This document shows positions 10,133 through 18,251 of a stretch of DNA of 60,226 nt, one piece after another. Position 1 is the stretch's first letter. Each line of letters starts with the position of its first letter. Position numbers and translations under genes: made by a program. The notes beneath the pieces are model-generated. The model was not told the origin of the DNA. It worked only from the letters and a program-made list of their open reading frames with translations, and made no database searches. Origin of the DNA: a virus (taxonomy: Duplodnaviria > Caudoviricetes); IMG/VR virus record IMGVR_UViG_3300021197_001319, positions 1-60,226 of that record; one strand, given 5' to 3'.

Positions 10133-10750
10133 ATGTCAGTTTCATCATTAACAAAATTTACAGTCCCATTAGATGGTGATCAGAGTGCAGCAAGTCAAGG
10201 CTTGCTTATGCCAAAACTTAAATACCGCTTTCGTGCGTCATTTGAGAACTTTGGTGTAAGTAGTCCACGTACTGAAATGACTAAACAGGTACAGGATATT
10301 ACACGCCCAAGTGTAACATTCGAAGAATTTGAGATTCCTGTTTACAACAGTAGAGTGTATTTGATTGGCAAACATCAATGGGATACAGTTACAGTTAATC
10401 TACGTGACGATGTTAATGGAGGCGTAACTAAGTTATGCGGAGAGCAAGTACAGAAACAGTTTGATATGATGGAGCAAAGCAGTGCTAGTTCAGGTATCGA
10501 CTACAAGTTCATTACACGTTTTGAAGTACTAGACGGTGGAAATGGTGCAAATGCACCAAGTGTACTTGAAACCTGGGAACTATACGGTTGCTTTATTCAA
10601 AACATCAACTATGGTGATTTAAACTATGCAAGTCAGGAAGCAGCAACAGTTGCAATGACTATTAGATTTGATAACGCTGTTCAATCACCACTGGGTGATG
10701 GCGTTGGTTCAAGTGTAGCGAGAACACTGGGTCAAACTATTACTGGCTAA
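10133..10750 (+). CDS. gp19: Tail tube protein
   Basis: Follows sheath; PKLKYRFR...GKHQW..VTVNLRDD...WELYGCF...YGDLNY; ATAAATA at 10097-10103. Confidence 0.85.
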   Translation: MSVSSLTKFTVPLDGDQSAASQGLLMPKLKYRFRASFENFGVSSPRTEMTKQVQDITRPSVTFEEFEIPVYNSRVYLIGKHQWDTVTVNLRDDVNGGVTKLCGEQVQKQFDMMEQSSASSGIDYKFITRFEVLDGGNGANAPSVLETWELYGCFIQNINYGDLNYASQEAATVAMTIRFDNAVQSPLGDGVGSSVARTLGQTITG

Positions 10751-10762
10751 TAGGAGTTTTCC

Positions 10763-11986
10763 ATGGCTAGTGTAAATAATTCACTATCACCTTTAACCTC
10801 AGGCGAAACAGTGCGTGACTACAAACATGCGTCACGCACTTTTGTTGACAATAACTTTGAACTACAGCCACGTCATGGTCATCTGTTTCATGTGGTATTT
10901 GAGTTTACCGCAGAAGCAGCAACACTTTTTAACACAATAGATCAACTTGAAATACCTATACTTGTTAAAAGTGTAGACCTTCCTACATATAGTATTGATG
11001 TACAAACACATAACCAGTACAATAGAAAAGTACAAAGTCATCATGCTATATCCTATAATCCTGTTAGCATACGATTCCATGATGATGTCAAAGAATTAAT
11101 TAGAACAATGTGGCACAAGTACTACATTTTCTACAATGCTGATCCAACTTATAGTTTAGATAGTAATGCCTATACCCCATATGACAAATACAGTAATCGT
11201 GTGCAACAACAGTGGGGACTTCAGCGAGGCAATAAACGTTTCTTTAAAAACATAAAAATATACAGTATGCACAATCACAAGTTTGCTGAATACACTCTTG
11301 TAAATCCTATGATTACTGCATTTAACCACGATAGTCATGCATATGCAAACAGTAGCCCGATGGAAAATATTATGCAATTAGCGTATGAAACTGTGAAATA
11401 TGCAACTGGATTTGTAAATGATATTACGCCGCGCGGCTTTGCTGATATACACTATGATGTAGAAGTAAGTGATCTTACTGAAGGTAATCCACAAACAGAA
11501 GCATTCATTGGAGGACAAACTAGAAGTGTTGCAGGTCAGGAAGCCACTGACTTGTTTAATGGTAATGTCATTGGTGTTATCAAAGATGCAGAAATAATAT
11601 ACAATGAAGAAAGATTTAACACAGGAAACGTTTTAACAGATACTATATCAATTTTTGCTAACAACTTACTAACGGGTAAAAAACTTACTAGTAATATACT
11701 GGTACCAGTAACTGGCGTTGTTGAAGCAGTTGGTGGTGCATATCTGGGAGAGTTGATTGGAGTAAATGAACAGGGAGATACTACAGGCACTGGTTTTGCT
11801 AATGTTATATCCAGTGGAGGTAAATCTATAGGACGTAATTTTGGTTCACCAAATAATACTGCATCCAACGATGTTGGTAATGCTAAGAAAATACCTAGCA
11901 ACCGCGGCACCATAAGTAATCCAAGCAGAATAAGTGATGCTGTTAGAACAATTGATAACTTTATAGATAGTAAACTGAACCGATAA
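10763..11986 (+). CDS. Tube-like baseplate/tail tube initiator (gp48/gp54-like)
   Basis: VKSVDLPTY...NQYNRK...YNPVSIRFHDD tube-fold pattern; position after gp19. Confidence 0.55.
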   Translation: MASVNNSLSPLTSGETVRDYKHASRTFVDNNFELQPRHGHLFHVVFEFTAEAATLFNTIDQLEIPILVKSVDLPTYSIDVQTHNQYNRKVQSHHAISYNPVSIRFHDDVKELIRTMWHKYYIFYNADPTYSLDSNAYTPYDKYSNRVQQQWGLQRGNKRFFKNIKIYSMHNHKFAEYTLVNPMITAFNHDSHAYANSSPMENIMQLAYETVKYATGFVNDITPRGFADIHYDVEVSDLTEGNPQTEAFIGGQTRSVAGQEATDLFNGNVIGVIKDAEIIYNEERFNTGNVLTDTISIFANNLLTGKKLTSNILVPVTGVVEAVGGAYLGELIGVNEQGDTTGTGFANVISSGGKSIGRNFGSPNNTASNDVGNAKKIPSNRGTISNPSRISDAVRTIDNFIDSKLNR

Positions 11987-12357
11987 TGTCACAAGTAACA
12001 AATTTACCATTAATAGATCCCGCAGATAATTTTGATCAACGTGTACAAGATTATTTTGTAAATTATTTTAGTGCGCCTATTAGCATGAATCAGAATGAAT
12101 ATGAAGTTGCAAAAAGTTTCTTCGTTAATCGTACTGCAAATGAAGATGCGGCGGCAGCACTTACTGCAGCGGTTATCCAAGCAGCAAACGAACTTAATAT
12201 ACATATAGTTGATATTATTAACGAGTTTGAAAAAACAGGCGATCTAAAAAGTGCAATCCCAACTTTTCTTAATCTAAGTAGGAGAACAACTAGTCTGCTT
12301 GGGTATGAACAAGAAATAAGTCCAAATGAGAATATAGCCCGCCAAGTGGTGGCATAG
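11986..12357 (+). CDS. Hypothetical virion-region protein
   Basis: Coupled ORF in the structural operon. Confidence 0.65.
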   Translation: MSQVTNLPLIDPADNFDQRVQDYFVNYFSAPISMNQNEYEVAKSFFVNRTANEDAAAALTAAVIQAANELNIHIVDIINEFEKTGDLKSAIPTFLNLSRRTTSLLGYEQEISPNENIARQVVA

Positions 12358-12798
12358 ATGTTTAGTCGTAACAAATATGCTAATGGCGTATATAGCATTA
12401 CAAATACAGAAAAATACAGTGGAACCAAAGCACCTCGATATCGCAGTGGATGGGAACACGCCTTTATGCGCTTCTGTGACAATAATCCTAGTGTAATAAG
12501 TTGGGCAAGTGAAGGTATACAAATACCCTATCGTAATCCTCTCACAGGAAAAGGCACAGTGTATGTGCCTGATTTTGTTGTAGTATATCAAGACAAGCGT
12601 GGCAACAAGCATGCTGAACTTATTGAGATTAAACCAAAATCACAAACTATGCTTACCGAAAAGACTAGAGAAAAAGAAAAACTTGCCATTGCTATTAACC
12701 ACGCAAAGTGGGAAGCGGCTGCAAAGTGGGCAAAGCACAAAGGTTTACGCTTTAGAGTAGTTACAGAAGATGATATTTTCCACAACGGTAAACGCTAA
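12358..12798 (+). CDS. gp4: Head completion nuclease, T4 gp4-like (TnsA-type)
   Basis: YRSGWE..FM.FCD.NP...WASE..IPY...YVPDF...IEIKP...N.AKWEAA. Confidence 0.9.
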   Translation: MFSRNKYANGVYSITNTEKYSGTKAPRYRSGWEHAFMRFCDNNPSVISWASEGIQIPYRNPLTGKGTVYVPDFVVVYQDKRGNKHAELIEIKPKSQTMLTEKTREKEKLAIAINHAKWEAAAKWAKHKGLRFRVVTEDDIFHNGKR

Positions 12799-12812
12799 GG
12801 ATAACTATTAGT

Positions 12813-13325
12813 ATGACAAAAAAACTAGAAGAACTTTTTAATATAGAACCTGCAGATGAACTTGATATTACAGCAGAAGAAAACACAGTTGTAGTAGAGG
12901 CAGTAACAGCAGATGATATACCACAACTACAAACAGCATTAACAAACGTTGATAAAATTGATGCAGCGTTGCCCAGTGTGCGTGAACTTGATACCAGTGA
13001 TAAAGAAATGGACGACATTGCTTTGCTTGCACAAGATACATTTAAAGACTTAATGGACCTAGGCATGAATGTTGATAGTAGATTCAGTGGTGAAATATTT
13101 AGTAATGCAAGTCGTATGCTGGACACAGCCCTGAGTGCAAAGAGTGCAAAGATTAATAAAAAGTTACGCATGGTTGATTTACAACTTAAAAAAGCAACAT
13201 TAGATGCTAGACTTGCTAAGGAAGCAAGTGCAAGAGGTGAGGATGTTGAAGATGGACAAGGGCAATCTGTAGACCGTAATCAACTACTTATGGAAATTTT
13301 AGGTAGAAATACTGAACAAAAGTAA
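12813..13325 (+). CDS. gp16: Probable terminase small subunit
   Basis: Helical coiled-coil protein ending DRNQLL; lies upstream of gp17. Confidence 0.5.
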   Translation: MTKKLEELFNIEPADELDITAEENTVVVEAVTADDIPQLQTALTNVDKIDAALPSVRELDTSDKEMDDIALLAQDTFKDLMDLGMNVDSRFSGEIFSNASRMLDTALSAKSAKINKKLRMVDLQLKKATLDARLAKEASARGEDVEDGQGQSVDRNQLLMEILGRNTEQK

Positions 13326-13356
13326 TAAATACACTATTACATTAAGGAATACAGCA

Positions 13357-13923
13357 ATGAAAAGTTTTAAGAGTTACCTCGTTGAGAATGAACAAACCTA
13401 TAAGTTTCGTATCAAAATGGCTGAAAATCTCAGTGACGAAACAATGGATGCACTAGAATCTGCTTTACAAAAGTATGAAATGAAAAGCATTAGTAAGCCA
13501 AAGAAAACTCCTATACAAGAACATCCAATGGATTTTCAAACATTGCAAAATGCAGAAGTGTTTATCATGGATGCAGAATTAACTTATCCTGTTACTGCAC
13601 ATCAGTTATTTGAATATATCTCACAAACAGTTGGTGTCCCAGCAAGTCACTTGGTAGTAATTAATCAGGATCATCCAGAAGAAATGGCTCGTGAAGAAGC
13701 ACTAAAAGAAGAAGAATATGAATCAGTGCTTGAAACAGACTATGCAGAAACAGACAATGCTAAAGATAGTTTTGGTGATGACTACAACGAGAACATGCTT
13801 AAGGCTATTGAAAGTCGTAAGATGGAATATGCTGCAGTATTTTCAGATAAACAGGATTACAGTGGTCCAAAGACAGAAGATCCATCAACAGCAAGTATGA
13901 TGTCAGATAGAGGCAGTGTATAA
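13357..13923 (+). CDS. Putative internal head protein
   Basis: N-terminus MKSFKSYLVE resembles the T4 capsid-targeting sequence; late box at 13325-13331. Confidence 0.55.
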   Translation: MKSFKSYLVENEQTYKFRIKMAENLSDETMDALESALQKYEMKSISKPKKTPIQEHPMDFQTLQNAEVFIMDAELTYPVTAHQLFEYISQTVGVPASHLVVINQDHPEEMAREEALKEEEYESVLETDYAETDNAKDSFGDDYNENMLKAIESRKMEYAAVFSDKQDYSGPKTEDPSTASMMSDRGSV

Positions 13924-15167
13924 TGCAAGACTTATATAAAGCAATTGATGCACTAAATGAAATTACACAGCAAGAACGTGACGCAATGCGAGCAGCAGCA
14001 AAAGCAGACGTTGCTGCAGTAAGACAAGCAACAACAGGCAAAGCACCACCTCCAACAAAAGCAGACATGTACAAGGATGTTGCAGATTTTGCAAAACAAC
14101 AAAGAGCTCAAAGCAAAGCAGATGGATATGCAACCAGGGACGAATACAATGCAGCATATCAAAAGAATCTTGATGCACTTTCAGCCGCTGGCGTTGACAT
14201 GGAAAAAATTAGTGCAACAGCAAATCAAATGATGAAAACTGAAAAAGGTGCTGCAAGACTTGCTAAAATGGGTATAAAAGATGATGATGATTTGCTTTCA
14301 TATGCAATGATGAAGGCAGGTATAAAAGATATGACACCTGACAAGTATACTGCTACAGATTTTGCAATTACAGATATACCCGAAGGCGAAGAATTAGATG
14401 AGCGTGTAACTTATAATACACTTGCTAAACTAAGCGGTATTAAAGATCCTAATAAAATTTACCCTGGGCAAAAGATCACACTGCCAGGCGGTGGAAGTTA
14501 CACTGTAAAAAGTGGCGATACACTAAGCGGCATTGCACAGGACTTTAGACTTAAAAAAATTGGACAACCTAAATCAGGTAAATTAGATGATCCAACAACT
14601 AAGTTACCGCAAGTACCTAAAAAGTCAGGTAAATTAGATGATCCAACAACTAAGTTACCGCAAGTACCTACAATAGAGCCAGGCGATGAGCCAGGCGATT
14701 TTAATATTTCAACAAATAAAAAAGATGCAGGCGATGACACTGATGATATGCTTAACAAGTATGCTTTTTTACGCGGCAGAGATTATAAACTAGATCCTAA
14801 AAGTGTAAAACAACCGCCTAAGAAAGAACGTGGCAAAAGTTTGTTTAAACAAATTGGAGACTTTGTAAAAGGCACTAAAGCGTATAATATTGCAACAACT
14901 AATCCAGAGCCAACAAAAATTCCTGCTACTGTACAGGGCCGTGAAGTTGATTTAGCAAATCCAAAGACTGCTGGTGTTGACCTAGGCAATTACGGTGATA
15001 CAAGTAAGATGAGTGTTATGGATTTAGCAAGAAAGATGGACGCTGATCCAAAACTTGCTGCTAGATCTGATGCTCAGAAACAAGCAGACATAGGTAAACA
15101 GGTAGCATTTAATGATGCGCAAAGAGCGGAAATAATGAAAAGACTAAAGAACCAAAGGAACCAATAG
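13923..15167 (+). CDS. LysM-containing protein (permuted LysM), probably virion-associated
   Basis: LAKLSGIKDPNKIYPGQKITLP-GGGS-YTVKSGDTLSGIAQ. Confidence 0.75.
   Translation: MQDLYKAIDALNEITQQERDAMRAAAKADVAAVRQATTGKAPPPTKADMYKDVADFAKQQRAQSKADGYATRDEYNAAYQKNLDALSAAGVDMEKISATANQMMKTEKGAARLAKMGIKDDDDLLSYAMMKAGIKDMTPDKYTATDFAITDIPEGEELDERVTYNTLAKLSGIKDPNKIYPGQKITLPGGGSYTVKSGDTLSGIAQDFRLKKIGQPKSGKLDDPTTKLPQVPKKSGKLDDPTTKLPQVPTIEPGDEPGDFNISTNKKDAGDDTDDMLNKYAFLRGRDYKLDPKSVKQPPKKERGKSLFKQIGDFVKGTKAYNIATTNPEPTKIPATVQGREVDLANPKTAGVDLGNYGDTSKMSVMDLARKMDADPKLAARSDAQKQADIGKQVAFNDAQRAEIMKRLKNQRNQ
14574..14670 (+). repeat. In-frame tandem duplication, 46 identical nt with 51-nt period
   Basis: TCAGGTAAATTAGATGATCCAACAACTAAGTTACCGCAAGTACCTA at 14574 and 14625. 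Confidence 0.95.
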
Positions 15168-15177
15168 GAGAAAAGTA

Positions 15178-15825
15178 ATGGATATTGCTGAACTAAGAAC
15201 TAAACTAGACAGTATCGCAGCGGAACTCGCTGAACAAGACGTTCAGCAAGAAGAAATTGCAATTGAAGAACATCACGAAAAAGATGAAGATGGAAATGTT
15301 ATTCCTCACGATGATATTTCAGAAGAAGAAGTTGAAGAAGAAGCAGTTGAAGAACGAAAAAGTGACAAAGAACGCGAATCTGATATGATGAAACATGATT
15401 TATACTCACTTATGATAGGCGGACCAGCAGACAGTGGTATAGCAAAATTGCCTAGAAAAAATTTTAAAAAAGAAGAAGAAGTAGGAGAGGAAGAAGTTGA
15501 AGAAGCAATGATAGAGGTTCCTGTACAGGAACTTGCTGACATCATGCAACTTGCAGGCTATACTGATTATGCAGAACGTATTGAAGAGTATGCTAACGAA
15601 CCTGACGAACAGTATCAGGATGCAGAAGATCAGTTAATTGGTCTAAGTGGTGGACTCAACGGTCCTAAGAAAATGTATCCTGCTTCAGCACTAGGTGACA
15701 ATCCAATGGATCAAGAGCCACGTGAGATTGAAGAAGAAAATACAATGGAGGATGTAGAAGATAAACTTTATAGAAGTTATCAAGCATTCCTAGAAGAAGA
15801 AGAAATTAAGGTAGAAACAGAGTAA
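15178..15825 (+). CDS. Highly acidic hypothetical protein (putative head core/internal protein)
   Basis: Glu-rich; AGGAG SD. Confidence 0.65.
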   Translation: MDIAELRTKLDSIAAELAEQDVQQEEIAIEEHHEKDEDGNVIPHDDISEEEVEEEAVEERKSDKERESDMMKHDLYSLMIGGPADSGIAKLPRKNFKKEEEVGEEEVEEAMIEVPVQELADIMQLAGYTDYAERIEEYANEPDEQYQDAEDQLIGLSGGLNGPKKMYPASALGDNPMDQEPREIEEENTMEDVEDKLYRSYQAFLEEEEIKVETE

Positions 15826-16378
15826 GATTATTCTGTATTAATTGATGTATATAGCGGTGACCTGCATCATTTGGGTGTAAGTGATCCGCTATATATTTTG
15901 ACTTGCTTTCCTTATTACTTCCGTCAGCACCCAGCGTGTTAACCATACCCGGCACACAATCAACATGCATATAGCGCAGGTTGTTTAACTTACAAGTAGT
16001 TTCTACAATGTGACGAGGATACCAAGTGTGTACATGTTCCATGTATTCACAGTGTTGATTTACCAGATAATCCTTGCAACTGTCAACTAACGCACTACCA
16101 GACTTCTTGCCCTGCACATAGTTCATATGCTCCCAACGTTCAGCTCTTTTGTTATACCAGCTCTGTCTATTGGGATGAGTCCAGCCAAATATAATAAAAT
16201 CTTTGGGAGTAATTCCTGTGTAAGTTTCACAAAACTTTAGTGCAATATGTGGATTACTAGCACTGCTTTCACTGTGTTGTATAAATTCAAATCCTAGTTG
16301 TTCTGCTACAAGTTCACCATAGCATATAGTTGCTTCCTCGCCTAGACTTACACTACACCCGTATTGATACAATTTCAT
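15806..16378 (-). CDS. SGNH/GDSL-like hydrolase-fold protein
   Basis: YGCSVS...SASN...FGWT...DHLHP. Confidence 0.7.
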   Translation of the reverse strand: MKLYQYGCSVSLGEEATICYGELVAEQLGFEFIQHSESSASNPHIALKFCETYTGITPKDFIIFGWTHPNRQSWYNKRAERWEHMNYVQGKKSGSALVDSCKDYLVNQHCEYMEHVHTWYPRHIVETTCKLNNLRYMHVDCVPGMVNTLGADGSNKESKSKYIADHLHPNDAGHRYIHQLIQNNLTLFLP

Positions 16379-16407
16379 TTGGTATTTATTTTCCGATAAA
16401 TATGCAT

Positions 16408-16659
16408 ATGATAAAAAGATTTGACAGAGACAAACTAGTCTCTATACAAGTTTATTACCATATGCCAGATCATGTTCATTTGATTAATGAGTTTATTTGG
16501 CAAACTCAGGACATTATACCGGATTTTCCCCGTAGTGTTAAGTTTATTCGATATTGGCACAAAAACATAGATGCAGTAATACAAGAAGCATATCTGTATC
16601 ATACAAATTATTGGGGCGGTAAGGAATACGTCAACTTGAAGGACGTTTACGAAGTATAA
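16408..16659 (+). CDS. usg: Usg-family protein
   Basis: VYYHMPDH..LINEFIWQTQDIIPDFP...FIRYW...ID matches alphaproteobacterial Usg as recalled; ATG 5 nt after ATAAATA (16396-16402). Confidence 0.75.
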   Translation: MIKRFDRDKLVSIQVYYHMPDHVHLINEFIWQTQDIIPDFPRSVKFIRYWHKNIDAVIQEAYLYHTNYWGGKEYVNLKDVYEV

Positions 16660-16660
16660 T

Positions 16661-18226
16661 ATGGCTAAAACATTAGACGGTGTGCTTATAAAAAAGCCAC
16701 ATCAAAAAGAAAACTTTACAGATAAACAATTTACAGAGTTTGCAAAATGTGCAGACCCTGCTACTGGTGTCAAGCATTTTATGAACAATTACTTTAACAT
16801 ACAGCATCCTACTAAAGGACGTATGGTTTACAATGCATATGAATATCAGGACAAACTGTTAGACGTATATCATAACTATCGCTTTAACATCAACATGCTT
16901 CCTAGACAAACAGGCAAGTCAACAACTGCAGCAGGATATTTGCTGTGGTATGCAATGTTTGTGCCAGACAGTGTAATTCTAATTGCAGCACACAAATATG
17001 CTGGTGCGCAGGAGATCATGCAACGTATTCGTTATGCTTATGAACTATGTCCAAACCACATCCGTGCTGGCGTCACAAGTTACAACAAAGGTAGTATTGA
17101 CTTTGATAATGGTTCGCGTATTGTAGCACAAGCAACAACGGACAACACTGGACGAGGCATGTCCATCACACTACTATACTGTGATGAGTTTGCGTTTGTG
17201 CGTCCTAGTATTGCTAGAGAATTTTGGACTAGTATTTCGCCAACACTAGCAACTGGTGGTAAGGCTATTATTACAAGTACACCCAACAGTGATGAAGATC
17301 AATTTGCGCTTATATGGCGTGACGGAAACAAACAATATGATACAGAAGGAAATCCAACTGACATAGGCATTAACGGTTTTAAAACATTTCGTAGTTATTG
17401 GTATGAACATCCAGACAGAGATGATAAATGGAAAGCAGAAGAATTAGGTCGTATTGGTGAAGAACGTTTCCGTCGTGAACATGACTGTGAATTTATTATC
17501 TATGATGAAACACTAATAGACAGTATGGTATTGACTAACTTACGCGGCGAAGATCCCTCATTTAGACACGGTGCTGTACGTTGGTACAAAGAACCAACCA
17601 AGGGAAAAGCATACATTGTAGGACTAGATCCAAGTTTAGGAACAGGCGGTGATCCTGCTGCAATGCAAATATTTGAAATTCCTAGCATGGAACAAGTAGG
17701 AGAATGGAGTCACAACAAAACTCCTATACCACAACAAATTCGTATCCTAATTGAAATTAACAAATACCTTGTTGACAAATGCGGTGACAACAATAGTGTT
17801 TACTATAGTGTTGAAAATAACACAATTGGAGAAGCAGCATTACAAAGTATTTCAGAAGTTGGTGAAGAGAATATACCTGGATACTTCCTCAGCGAGCCCG
17901 GAGGACACGGAAACAGCAAAGTATACAGACGAGGATACAACACTACACACCGTAGTAAACTGGCTATATGTGCAAAGTTTAAAACACTAGTAGAGACTGA
18001 TAAAGTTAAGATCAAAAGCAAGATGCTCATAAGTGAACTTAAAAGTTTTATTGCAAGCGGTAATAGTTACAAAGCCAAGATAGGTGACACTGATGATCTT
18101 GTTATGAGTACAATGCTGGTAATGCGCATGGCACAAACACTGAAAAACTACAATCCCGAACTGCAAAATCATATTCGAGACGGTGATGATTATGACCAAG
18201 AGCCAATGCCTTTTGTTATGATTTAA
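16661..18226 (+). CDS. gp17: Terminase large subunit
   Basis: PRQTGKST Walker A, LLYCDEFAF Walker B, ITSTPN, GLDPSLGTGGD, DDLVMS nuclease motifs. Confidence 0.95.
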   Translation: MAKTLDGVLIKKPHQKENFTDKQFTEFAKCADPATGVKHFMNNYFNIQHPTKGRMVYNAYEYQDKLLDVYHNYRFNINMLPRQTGKSTTAAGYLLWYAMFVPDSVILIAAHKYAGAQEIMQRIRYAYELCPNHIRAGVTSYNKGSIDFDNGSRIVAQATTDNTGRGMSITLLYCDEFAFVRPSIAREFWTSISPTLATGGKAIITSTPNSDEDQFALIWRDGNKQYDTEGNPTDIGINGFKTFRSYWYEHPDRDDKWKAEELGRIGEERFRREHDCEFIIYDETLIDSMVLTNLRGEDPSFRHGAVRWYKEPTKGKAYIVGLDPSLGTGGDPAAMQIFEIPSMEQVGEWSHNKTPIPQQIRILIEINKYLVDKCGDNNSVYYSVENNTIGEAALQSISEVGEENIPGYFLSEPGGHGNSKVYRRGYNTTHRSKLAICAKFKTLVETDKVKIKSKMLISELKSFIASGNSYKAKIGDTDDLVMSTMLVMRMAQTLKNYNPELQNHIRDGDDYDQEPMPFVMI

Positions 18227-18251
18227 ATTTGTCTCTAGCATAAATACACAT

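Noticed and set aside
12358-12798. TnsA-like nuclease as a sign of a Tn7 element
   Set aside because: Matches the T4 gp4 head-completion family in a structural operon; no tnsB/tnsC or transposon ends
14574-14670. Direct repeat as a possible CRISPR array
   Set aside because: Only two copies with a 5-nt gap, in frame within a CDS, and no cas genes
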